Source: Hormiphora californensis (Eukaryota > Animalia > Ctenophora). Taken from it: DNA of 64,000 nucleotides. Below the pieces are notes generated by a model. That model ran no database searches, was not told where the DNA came from, and saw only the letters and a program-made list of their open reading frames with translations. Positions 25,558-38,216 of this stretch are shown here, one piece after another. Position 1 is the stretch's first letter. Each line of letters begins with the position of its first letter. The translations under genes and the position numbers were made by a program. Location of the stretch: contig CM035354.1 of NCBI GenBank assembly GCA_020137815.1, positions 5,580,001 through 5,644,000 on the forward strand, read 5' to 3'.

Positions 25558-25797
25558 GTCTAGTTAGGGGCAAGATGGTTAGATTATTAACTTACACAAA
25601 ACTTGCCGAGAAATAAACCGGGTAAAATCTCACAGGGGTGTTATCAAAATTAAATAAAAAACAACAGAAATTCTATAAAACATCAACTGATCTGTCTCTC
25701 TCTGCTTCACTCACTGTCTTTCTTTGTTTTTCACATAAAAACCTCTCTGGCCAGCTCAGATCTCATTATCACGCAAGGTGTGTGAGTGTGAGATGAA

Positions 25798-27889
25798 TTA
25801 GGAATCGATAGCATAGTCACGGAGCACTTCAGATGGGATAGTGTGGGTGGGAGGAATTTGGAGATCCTGATTCACCCGAGATCCAATGTACTGCTGCAAC
25901 AACATTCTCAACTCTGAGTTCTGATTCTGAAGTTTGTCCGTATCCTCGATAAGTTTAGCCCTCTGTGCCAGTACACCATGGTATTTCTGTAGACCCTCAA
26001 GAAGCGCATCCCATTTCAACTCGTGTGAGTTAGGCAGAATGTTGGCCAGTGCCTGCCAATACCCCGCATCATTCCCACTGTCCCTCGCGGGGGCTGTACT
26101 GTCAAACTCAACAGCCGGCTTGTGGGTTGTAACTTTATTAGGTGATACACTATCAGCAACAAAGAGTCGGATGGCTTTGAGAACCTCATTAGGGTGGATT
26201 AGATTGGCTTGTTCTGGGTTGTCCTCCACGGTAGCCAGGAAATACTCAGTTAACCTGTTGATGTCATCCTCCGTCTCAACTCCAATCGCCTTAAAGATGG
26301 AGTCCAACTTCATTAGTAGCCTTTCATCGTGTTCTAGAGGGGCAAGGAGATGCACTAATTTCTTTTCCACGAGGAAATCCGCTTCAGCACACAGAAGCTC
26401 TAAAACCAATTTGATAAGAACGGGGCTAAACTTGTGCCCCTTGCCCTCTCCTCCCATTGTGGACCGGGAGAACTCCAACTGACCACTGCCAGCTTCTGAA
26501 GCCGCTCTCATAATGTCATCAACAGCAGCACGGGCCGATTTGAGAGATGAGGTAGATGCCTGTTTTGGAGGTTCACCAGCTAGGAGTGGCCGACCCTCGC
26601 CCTCTAGGACCTTAGCTGTCTCTGGAACACTCCAGTCCAGTCCAAGTTGCTGACAGTGAACTATACTATCCTCATCCATGACCTTCTTGGCCAACTCCAT
26701 GGCTTCCTCCTCATTCATGACCCACACATCGATGAATTTCTTGGTGTCCGTAGCCTGGAAATGCTTTGATTTCTTCTGAAGTTCCTTGAATTGATCCGTT
26801 ATCCGTTTGTAAACATCCGCTAGCTGCTGATTCTCATCTCTGTAGTGAGCCTCCTGTTTGGCGAACTTGCTCTTTAAATTGTTTAGGGTGTCCTGGAGTC
26901 GGGTGATCTTCCGCTTCTGTTGAGATTTTGTGATCGTGTTCTCCTCATCCCTCTTCTTGAGTACTTGGAAATTGTAGTCCAGTTTCTCTGAGTTAAGCTG
27001 ATATGTAGCTCGCATGGCCTGGAGTTGTTGCTCTAAAACCTGAACATCCGTCTCCAGTTTGATCTTCACCATGTTGTATTCCTCGGCATCCTGCACCCTG
27101 AGATGTTGCAGTTGGGCCGCAAAATCATCCACCCGCTGCTCTGACTCCTTCAGATTTTCCACCTCCTTGTTGGATCGCTGAGACATCAATCCCTCCCACT
27201 CTCCCCGTTGATTTTCTAGAAGCTCCAGCCGCTCACTCTCAAATGCCTGATCGATCTTAGTGAGCTCTTCCCTGTAGGCCTTTTGGAGATTCTTCACTTG
27301 AGCATTCATTCGCTCAATGATCAGATCAATATCTTCCGCCTGCTTCTTCAAATCCTTCACATACTGATCGTCTTTAGCCTTGAGCTCGAGTTGAAATGCC
27401 TGGATGATCTTCTCTTTCTCGGCAATCATACTGTTGATCAGTTCCCGCTGGTTAGTCATCATGTCATCTAGGACCTGGGGGACCTTGAGAGAGTGGGCAG
27501 TGTCCCACCTCTTAGTGATCTCCTCAAACCTTTCCATACTCGCCTTCACCTCAGCTTCCAACTTCTCTCTCCTCTCCTTGTTGGTTTTCTCCTCTTCCAC
27601 CTTCCTCGGCGTCCTCTCGAGCCATAGCAGCTACCCCAACATTAGTGACCAACTCCGAACCGTCATAACGGAGCTTCTCGATTCTTTGGGAGCTCATATT
27701 GATCTGTTTGAAGCTCTTTCCAGAGTCCTTATCCGCAGTTGACTCATCCTTCACCTGACTGACAGTGTTACCCTCATTTTTGGTGTTTTTGTTGCGCTTG
27801 GTGATCCGATCCTGTCGAGCAAGGATTCGCTCCTCGCGCTTCTTGGAGTCTACAGATGGTCCAGGGGCTTCCTCAGCATTGGTACTCAT
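25798..27889 (-). CDS. DRC1: Dynein regulatory complex subunit 1 (CCDC164), intronless; one frameshift near 27610
   Basis: PSVDS..EERILAR, GSELVTNV, ELKAKDDQYVKDLKKQAEDIDL, QDAEEYNMVKIKLETDVQVLEQQLQAMRATYQLNSEKLDYN, QNSELRMLLQQY..VNQDLQIPPT. Confidence 0.92.
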
Positions 27890-28112
27890 GGTCACGTCTA
27901 CAGAGGGAGGGAGGTGGAGTTAAGAGGGGAGTTATAGTAGTAAAAGGGGGGGTTTCAGGGGAGGAAAAACAAAATTATAAATGAATTCAACGATATATAA
28001 AAACTTTGACAAAAACATTGTTGATCATCCTGTTTTGAAACTGCTTAGTAAAATCGAATTAGGAAGTTCTATATTTTGCAAACGTCTCTGAGTACAGCCC
28101 TGCATGACCCTA

Positions 28113-29739
28113 TCACCAAACAAAACCAAGCCTCTTGCTAGTTGAGGAAAGCTCATTGACCTTTTTCGCTGCTCCATTGGCAAATCGAGGTAAGCTGGTT
28201 CCCATAAGCATCATTTGCCTGGTAAGCTCGGTCGAAGGTTGCTTTTCCCCTCGAAAATTGGTCCATTACCACCTCCAGCACCAGCATTTTTCGCCTTTAT
28301 CAGAGGTCCTACTGGTCGTCCCCGTTCCTTGGCAGTTTCGATGACAGCATCAGCGTACCTCTGGAATTCATCTTCCTCTTCCTTGACCATCTGAGCAGAC
28401 CGTTTATCCGCCTCCAACTTCGCTGTGCCGATCCACCTGGAATTTCTTGGCTCGATCTGAGGCCTGCTGTTGGAGAATGCTCTGGAACCTCCAACTCCTC
28501 CATGGTACGACCCTTGTTCCTCTCATCCTGTTCCTGGAAGTATGCCTGGTCCTCACAGACTCTCCTTTGCAGATCAAGGTTCTGGTCCTGGTTTGTTTGA
28601 AATTGTTTCAATTCATTGGCATTCATTGTTTCCATTCGGTGTTTATTGATTTCTTTCTGCATGTTCACTCGTTTCTGTTTCGCTGCAATTTCTTCAGCTT
28701 CCCTCTTTGCGTCCCTCTCTGCAACAGCCTGGGCAATCCTGGAATCCTCATCATCAACTTGCTCCTTGATGAGAGTCGACAAATGGTTTACCATGGCTTG
28801 CTGGTGGTCCTGGAATGACTGGAAGAGCTCACCTTCTCGTCTCTTTCTGAGTTCAGCCATCTTCTTTTTAGCATTGGCATACAGTTTGATCTCCTTCTCG
28901 TTCCTCTTTTCAGCGACCTGCTGCTGCTCTTTGATCATCTTCTCGAGTTCCATGTGTTCATCATAAGTCTTCTTCAGATCTTTTGCTTTTGCCTCCCTCT
29001 TCTTGATTTTCAATTCCTGTTCTTTGTGGAATTGCTCAACATCTTTATGTATGGCTTTTCCCTCCTCGATGTCTTGCACTCGCTCAGCTATGGCGTACCT
29101 TCGTTTCTCTTGAGCTTGCTCGTACTGCGTCTTACGGAGTTCAGCAGACTGTTTGCTTCGGACTTCCGCTTTCTCCCGTTCCACTCTGGCAGCTTCCTGT
29201 CGCTGTTTTTCCTCCCACTCAAGAAGATGATCATCGGCGTTCTTCATTGCATTATCAATCTCCTTCTTCAGCTCAATTTGAGCTTCCCTCTCCTTAATGA
29301 CTTCAGATAACAACAAAGCTCCGTGGAAACCCTTCACACGATCGGTCTGGTAGTACTGGAGCTTCTTGGCGTGTTCAATAGCAGCTTTCCGTTCTGCAGC
29401 TTTGATTTCAGCTTCCCCAATGTCAAGCTTTTGACGTGCCTTTTCTTCTTCCTCTTCTCTCAGTCGCCGAGCATTTAGGCGTTTGTTGCGCTTACCAACA
29501 ATAGTATTACCCCATGCGCTCACTTGGTTGATTGACTGCTCATGTTTCTCCTGGCGGTCTTTTTGAAGGTCAATAGCAAGTTGAACATCGGACGGAAGTT
29601 TGTTGTTTTTACGGTCTTGAATAGCTTGCCATTCCTTCGATGAAAGAATCAAAATTTTCTCCTTGGACGGTGCTGGGGCTTCCTGAGACGATTGTGTCTT
29701 AGGAGAACCTTTCCGTCGCCCGTGCTGGACGGTTGCCAT
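28113..29739 (-). CDS. CFAP210: CFAP210/CCDC173, a trichoplein-family microtubule inner protein; intronless, with frameshifts in the 3' quarter
   Basis: N-terminal VQHGRR, YYQTDRVKGFHGALLLSEVIKEREAQIE, long coiled coil, GAGGGNGP, C-terminal KRLGFVW stop at 28113. Confidence 0.8.
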
Positions 29740-29853
29740 GAATCCTAGGTAAACAGATCAACTTTCAAATAAGGTCAAAGACACAGTAATAGCAGAATGT
29801 AGTAGTGGGCGAAATTGCATGTAGGACAGAGGCAGGAGAGCCATTGTACAGGT

Positions 29854-29867
29854 GTTGCCATGGTGCT
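29854..29867. promoter_or_regulatory. RFX X-box-like motif upstream of CFAP210
   Basis: GTTGCCATGGTGCT versus consensus GTTGCCATGGCAAC, 115 nt from the ATG. Confidence 0.45.
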
Positions 29868-30601
29868 GCTCCTTTATCAAAATTTCTGTTGAATCAGTGA
29901 TTGAAGTGGAATTTCGAATAAAAATGTTAACGCGCGCGCGGCTTCTTAATGACTTTGAGCGCGTAAACAATTTTGCGCGTACCAAAATTCTCGCGCCGTT
30001 TCGCGCATCTGTAACGTATTTCTTGCGTCGCGCGCTACACTTATAACCACCAACGGCCTAAACTGTGGGCAAAGTGGCGCGAATGAATGTTCAGTTGTCT
30101 TCCTCACCAAATTACGACCCGATTAAGCCATATTTGGTGATTCAACGGGGCAGTGAACTTCCTAAGTCAGTGCCAGTTTGAATTTGGGCGGGAAGTGGCG
30201 GGCCCTCAGTATTCGTGATGACGTGATATCACCTCGCAATCAGAGGTGGCTGGTTGATGACAGAAAACGTCGCATTTTACCCGCGTTGACGTCCCTTCCC
30301 TGTTCCTCCCCTCTTTCTAGTTTCTACTTCTAGAAGGCTCTTTGTCTCTGAGTGTACAACAGTTACAAGAAACCTTTATGTGGTCCAGTCAGATGATTGT
30401 TGAGTGTTGTGTCTGTTGGTTACTAGGGAGACAGATGCTCTAATAGCAAATTAAGTGCTCTCTTTAGCTTCCCCATTTACATTCTCTTAGTCCGTCGCCA
30501 ATGGCAGCGTCCTCTATAATAGAAGTCAGAAGAAACGAGAGAAGAGAGAGATCAGAGGGCTAGAGAGAGAAAAGGAGAGAACTCGAATGTTTGGAACGTT
30601 C

Positions 30602-30615
30602 GTTACCATGGTAAA
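30602..30615. promoter_or_regulatory. RFX X-box-like motif
   Basis: GTTACCATGGTAAA (13/14 to GTTACCATGGTAAC); a further GTTGCCCCTGGTGAC at 30762-30776. Confidence 0.5.
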
Positions 30616-31117
30616 GCCATTATCAAGAACCCGGAGATGCCACCTTTCCTAACATACCCCTGCTCTAATGTCATTTTGTTGAAGCCGTAACTAGGGGCGA
30701 CGGTTCAATCAAAATATCTCCATTTCACAGCAGGCCCCCTGGAGCTGTATGTATTCCAGTGGTTGCCCCTGGTGACCACGGCCGATGTGCTAGTTCCACT
30801 GGAGGGAAATAGCCTCCACCATCCCCTTTCAAATTGTTATTTGTGTTTCAACGTGTCACACATTGCACGAAAAACGATGGAAGAATGTCTCACACACAGT
30901 GGAACTGTCAGCCAACGTGGAAAGAGCTGCGTGTGAGTTTTCTATGTGATATCAGAGTACGCAGACAGTCCTGAAAATGTGCAAGTGAAGATCTCAAAAA
31001 CTGTGTGCTGGTCACATAAACGCATGGCATATGTCGGTTTGTTGTTTTCTGTCCGGCAAAACTTCAATGAGTTCAATTCAAGCCACCATGAGGTCATTTT
31101 GAAATAATGTGCCATCC

Positions 31118-31337
31118 TCTGTATGGCGGCGCCATACCCCATTTGATTCTCGACAGTGCGCTCAGATGGATCGCGGCGCCAGACAGGCCATCCTCGAAGT
31201 CAATTAAAGAGTTGTGACAGTCTGAAAGATACGTTTATGTCCCATTCAGCCCCATTACCGATACATTATCCCGTGCTGTCTGGCGCCGCGCCGCGACCCA
31301 TCTGAGAATCAAATGGGGTATGGCGCCGCCATACAGA
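31118..31337. mobile_element. MITE with TIR tctgtatggcggcgccataccccatttgattctc
   Basis: Perfect TIR of about 33 bp; fragments of the same family at 3403-3428, 5815-5842, 6853-6878 and 7485-7555. Confidence 0.85.
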
Positions 31338-32429
31338 TCCCGTGTGCTGTCTTTATGACATTGCGATTGACAATGACTATCTACCCGTCTTTGATTGTAG
31401 GACATTTCCAACTCTAAAATCAGGGTGTGTAGTTGTACTGTGACTGTAGTGTACCAATTGTTGTACTTGTATTACAAGAGTACAATGTTATACGTGTATA
31501 ATAGGTACACACACACTGTATACTGTCTCAATATGTGTATCTCTACGACCTTTCCGCCGCGTGAGAGAGTCTCTACAATAAAACGTGTCAGGTGTCAACA
31601 GGTTGAGTGAGCTCCCTCTGTGAATGAGGTGATCTAATATATTCTAGTACTGATAGTGATGACGTAAGAAATAGAGGACACAGATAGTACCCATTTTATC
31701 TGGTTTGTCATGTTGCTTAAGAGTCATGGTACTGGTCATGGTGTGTTATACCACCTCGTGACAAGAGCCCAGGCATTATCTCTAAAAATGAGACAAACTC
31801 GGCCCTCGGGACTCTTGTGGCACATTGGCAGGGGCGGGGACTATTATAACACGGAGAACCCTCCAGACAAGGAAGTCTGTATCATGATGATTTGTGGTGT
31901 GTGTATCTTTGTGGTGTACATTTGTGTGGGGCAAGGGAGACAAAGAGAGGGAGGGGGCGGGGGAAATAGTACAATGAGTAATGAGAGAGGGAGAGAAAGA
32001 GAGAAACATAATATTCCCTACCCACACACTGAGAAATACCAGACGAACATCAGGTGATCCTAGAGACCTGCTGCATATGGCAGTGTTAAAATATCCCTGA
32101 GAGTCTCACCCAAAAAGGACTGATCGCTGCTGCCAGGGGCAATTAGTTGAGAATATGACAGTGAGAATGAAAGTGAGGCTGTGATAAATGAATAGTGAAA
32201 GAATATGGTCGCGACGGAGCTGTTGGTAATTTCTAATCTAAAGACTAGACTGTTCTCTTTCTCTCATTTACACACGAACACCTTGTAACCGCCAAATGAA
32301 TATGCGCTAAGTGAAATGAATATGCCGATGCGGAAAGAATAATGCATTAACGACGAACAGCATAGAACAAGGGACAGGGAACGCTCACACAGAGTCACAA
32401 TTGGGGTAAGAAAGAGGGAGACTAAGACA

Positions 32430-32890
32430 GTTACAGAGAGACAGAATAGGGGACGGTCACACACAGAGACAGAACAGGTGACAGTCACACACAGAGACAG
32501 ACCAGGAGACAGTCACACACAGAGACAGAACAGGGGACAGTCACACAGAGACAGAACAGGGGACGGTCACACACAGAGACAGAACAGGGTACAGTCACAC
32601 ACAGAGACAGAACAGGGGACAGTCACACACAGAGACAGAACAGGGGACAGTCACACACAGAGACAGAACAGGAGACAGTCACACACACACAGACAGAACA
32701 GGGGACAGTCACACAGAAACATAACAGGGGACAGTCACACACAGAGACAGAACAGGGGACAGTCACACACAGAGACAGAACAGGGGACAGTTACACACAG
32801 AGACAGAACAGGGGACAGTCGTCAGTCACACACAGGGACAGAACAGTCACACACCGAGACAGAACACAAAACAGGGGACAATCACACAGA
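32430..32890. repeat. 28-bp minisatellite (cacacagagacagaacaggggacagtca)
   Basis: About 14 degenerate tandem copies. Confidence 0.9.
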
Positions 32891-33665
32891 CAGAACACTG
32901 TTCTTAGAACAACAACAGGGGACAGGAGACATAACAAGGGACAGTCACAGAGAGAGACGAGACATGCCGGAGAGTTGAGACGTGTTACTCGGCTCCTTGT
33001 TATACAAACACGGAAACCTCCTTTATTCAAACACACGCGCTCCAGGTGTCCTGCTCCTCACATACACACATGTTCATCTCTCCACTCACAAAGCAGCTCT
33101 AGAATGATCTCCATCTCTTATTCATGTGGCCTGCATATAATATGCAACTCCTCTCTCTCTAGCTCACTTCCTTCCCCCTCTCTCTGTAATGCACCACTCA
33201 GAAGAGGGACACGTGACTTGCAGGATCAGGCCACTCAGATTTAATGCACACACGGACGCACCAACTCTCTCTTGGTAAAACCACCTCCACCCCATTACCC
33301 CATTTGAGACAAAGTAATAAACGCAGAGATTTTACTGGGGGGTGAAGGTCAAATGTGTCATCAGGAAAAACATTGGAAACATCACAAAACGCAATGGGGG
33401 GTGTAGCTAGATCGGGGGACAGAATGATTGGTTTGGGGGACACTAATATTGTTGGGTTCGGGAAGATTCTACATTTCTCTGTCAACAAAGGGATATCAGA
33501 GCTCAGAACACTCTCTCGCTCGTTATATACAAAATAAAAATTCACGGCTAAAATAGTCATATATTTACAACAACTGCTCCTGTGGCCAGCTTAGGAAGAG
33601 TTAAAAGAAATAAATTAGTCAACTCAAAAAAAGTTCTTGAGTCCATTTCTTTAATCCTGCTCTTC

Positions 33666-35260
<1,595 letters not shown>

Positions 35261-35357
35261 GATGAAGTTGTAAAGTTAAGCTCGAAAACAGTGACGAAAT
35301 GTAGAATCAGCCGAAGTTGGTGAACCTTAAATCCTGGTGACTTTGGTTAGGCCAAGT

Positions 35358-35371
35358 GATGCCATGGAGAT
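35358..35371 (-). promoter_or_regulatory. X-box-like motif upstream of beta-tubulin
   Basis: ATCTCCATGGCATC on the minus strand (12/14 to GTCTCCATGGCAAC), about 100 nt upstream of the ATG. Confidence 0.45.
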
Positions 35372-35892
35372 CAAAAAGTGACAAAAAGTGTTGCTACCCC
35401 CTCGGTTGCGAAATAATCAAAAATAATGTTTCAGGTAAAAAAATTTATATACTCTAATAGAAATAATTATTTGCAATTTTTTCCAATAAAAATTATAACA
35501 AAAATAATTAATTAATTAGTAATTAATCATAAAACAAATTTCTTCGTACCCTACCCCCTACAAGATCTTTTGTCAAATTTATCCAACGCGACCACCAAAT
35601 TGAGACTCTTTAATCCTTTGCCGAGAAAAGTCATTCGCGCGCGTCGTTACTTCATGCCGCGCACATCAGTATCCCGCGCGGCGGCTGGCCCGAAAACTTG
35701 GCCAAGATTTTGGGGCGGGCTTTTCAAAATTTGTCTTTCACTTTTTAAAATACAAACTTCTTCTCTTTTCATTTTGCTTTTCGACTGTAAAAATGGGACC
35801 TTAGCCGTCATTCCATACCAAAAATGTATTCCTCTATGTACAGGAGACGATTTGTTGTGTAAGAAGTAATGTCCTCTCTTGCACATCAATCA

Positions 35893-35922
35893 TCAACACT
35901 ACTTTAAACAAATTAATTTGAG
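35893..35922 (+). other. Genomic copy of the 3' 30 nt of the ctenophore spliced-leader exon
   Basis: TCAACACTACTTTAAACAAATTAATTTGAG matches the Pleurobrachia SL 3' end as I recall it (verify). It is not followed by GT, so it is not an SL RNA gene. Confidence 0.8.
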
Positions 35923-35969
35923 ATATGTCCTCAGGATGTTGAGACCGCCCGTAGGGGCAGGCAGAAGTT

Positions 35970-37028
35970 ATGACGGAGAAACTTAATACCTCTGATGCAG
36001 ATGCCGATCCACTGGAATGCTGGGATTTGTCGATGATGGAAAAACTTCGTTGTGCAGTAGAGGACGTTTTTTATATCAAGAACGGGCTCAAACAACCAAG
36101 TGAACAACAGGTTGATGGAGTATTGTCCAAGTTATTGGATTCTAGTTTGTATGATGATCCTGAGCAGTATATTGAGGACGCACTGCCGAAAGACTCCGAA
36201 ATGAAAAAGTATAATATTGATCGTTTCATGGCTTTCACCGAGAACCTCTCTCGTCATATTTTTCGGATAGTGAGAGAAATAGGACCAGTTATGAAGGAGA
36301 AACGTCTGTATGCAACTGCCCGAATGAAAGAACGCCTGGAACTAGTGGAGTGTAATCAGAAGCTCAAGGAGGTACAAGAAGAGCTTGGCACTTTTAAGGA
36401 AGAAATCGACAAACATCGGGTAGCAAGGATTGAACTGCAAGAGAAGCTGATTGAAGCACAAAATACTTTGATTGAAGTACAAGGTCGGAAACTTAGTTCA
36501 GTGTCAGAGTCTGTTCAGAAGCATTTGCAGGGCTACTCCAAGGTGCTTGTACAGAATTGCTCTGCGGCTATTGCACCATCCCGCCTCCAAGCAGCATTGA
36601 AGAAAGCGACTGTACCCCATCCAAGTACAACCGCGGAAGAAGCAACTCTTGATCGCAAGTTGAATTTGGTTATATTTGGGCTGCCAGAAACTACGGCAAG
36701 GGCTACTGAGCATGAAGTTCAGGATATCTTTGGAGAGCTCAATGAAAAACCAGTCATATCTTCTACAAAGCGTATTGGCGAAAAGACTGATAACCGACCG
36801 AGACCAGTAATTGTTACACTTGAAAGGAGGGAAACTTTGTTACAACTTCTAAGAAAAGCAAAACAGCTCCGAGATTCAGAGAAATTCTCCTCGGTGTTTC
36901 TCTCCCCCGACCTAACACCGGAGGAGCAGCGAGAGCGGAAAACTCTCGTTGATACAGTGAAAGGACTGAGGCGAGACAATCCGAATGGACGATACTGGGT
37001 TAGCAGGGGGGTAATTAAATGTGGCTGA
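35970..37028 (+). CDS. LINE ORF1p-like protein (coiled coil + RRM-like + CTD, L1/CR1/L2 type), 352 aa
   Basis: RKLNLVIFGLPE, KRIGEKTDNRPRPVIVTL, LLRKAKQLR..SVFLSPDLTPEEQRERK; heptad coiled coil at about aa 115-180; no ORF2 follows. Confidence 0.85.
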   Translation: MTEKLNTSDADADPLECWDLSMMEKLRCAVEDVFYIKNGLKQPSEQQVDGVLSKLLDSSLYDDPEQYIEDALPKDSEMKKYNIDRFMAFTENLSRHIFRIVREIGPVMKEKRLYATARMKERLELVECNQKLKEVQEELGTFKEEIDKHRVARIELQEKLIEAQNTLIEVQGRKLSSVSESVQKHLQGYSKVLVQNCSAAIAPSRLQAALKKATVPHPSTTAEEATLDRKLNLVIFGLPETTARATEHEVQDIFGELNEKPVISSTKRIGEKTDNRPRPVIVTLERRETLLQLLRKAKQLRDSEKFSSVFLSPDLTPEEQRERKTLVDTVKGLRRDNPNGRYWVSRGVIKCG

Positions 37029-37143
37029 CCTGCTACATGTAATTTGTACTCTAAAGAGACTTCAAAAGGAACCTTATGACTATCAATTTAGCCCACAAAA
37101 AGGGGCAGTATATGTTGTATTTTATCCAATATATACATTTTAG

Positions 37144-37176
<33 letters not shown>

Positions 37177-38044
37177 GGGAGCCGGGAGGTCCCCCTGAGA
37201 CACCCCAGCTGGATGATTTTAATTGATGCACCGTCATTTACTGCCACAAAAATTTGTCAAAATTGTAACTAGCAGTAAATAACTCTGCGGGCCAGGCATT
37301 TATTGCAACCCCTGGACAGCTGGGATGTCTCTGTACTGGGGGACGTCTCCCGGTGATCTCCCATGGGCCATGTTGTGGAAGATCTTTGAATTTAGTTGGT
37401 AGTTGTTCAACTTGATGTTGGGTTGAAGTTCGGCAACAAAACCCGGTTTGGAAGGTTCCAACGTTACCCGCCGCAACACAAGTCGCTAAAACAATCCGTT
37501 GGCCTTGCGCTTGGAATACCTTATCAAGTAATGCAAAGACCTAGTCTCATTTAAAGTTCTCACTGGCGACAAGATGCACTCGACAGCTTAACTAATCAGT
37601 TCTTATCTGGGCACAAATCGCTTCCAGAGATGGGAGGCTGTATGAGAAGCTCAGTAGTCTGTACAGCATGTCTAATTTATCAAGAAGGCTTGCTGCAAAA
37701 TCGATTTATTATGGTATCTGATTCTAGTTGGTTCTGATGAAGAGGTGGGTTGAATGGTTTAACTTCTCAGTCGTATTCCCAGTTGTACTCGCGACCGAGA
37801 ACACCAAGGTGTAGAATGAACTTTTTCATGTCTCATTCAGAGCATCATCCACATCATCTAGAAAAACTCTACTGTTTGTTGCTGGAAAGGGTTTCCAGAA
37901 ACGGTCATCGGTGTGGAATCTGTCAGATACGTCAAGTCGGGCAGAACTTTTCAAGCTGATTTTTCCAAGAAACTAATTGAATGAGTTGGCTCTGGAATTT
38001 CTACCAGCTAGAGCCAATTAGTCGATTTATCAGTACATAAATCA

Positions 38045-38216
38045 TAGCACTGGCAAGTGCCCCGGGCCCAAAAGGGGGGTGTGGGGGCACAGCCCCCACC
38101 ATAAACGGGGGTGTGGGGGCAGGGCCCCCACCTTAGAAATACCCTCCAACTCCAAAAACAAAAGAGAAAGCACACGCAACACTTCTACACACAAGCGCGA
38201 GAACCTGCCAGTGCTA
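38045..38216. mobile_element. Small TIR element with two GC hairpins
   Basis: tagcactggca...tgccagtgcta termini; two copies of ggggtgtgggggcNNNgcccccac. Confidence 0.5.

Larger units (their letters stand above)
35888..37176 (+). mobile_element. Processed retrocopy / ORF1-only retroposon: TSD - SL - ORF - poly(A) - TSD
   Basis: aatcat at 35888-35893 and 37171-37176, SL remnant, single intact ORF, A29 tail at 37144-37172. Confidence 0.8.

Noticed and set aside
32478-32978. 166-aa repetitive ORF
   Set aside because: Translation of the 28-bp minisatellite.
35893-36050. SL RNA gene
   Set aside because: The SL match is 5'-truncated and followed by AT rather than a GT donor, and no Sm site is evident; it fits a retrocopied mRNA.
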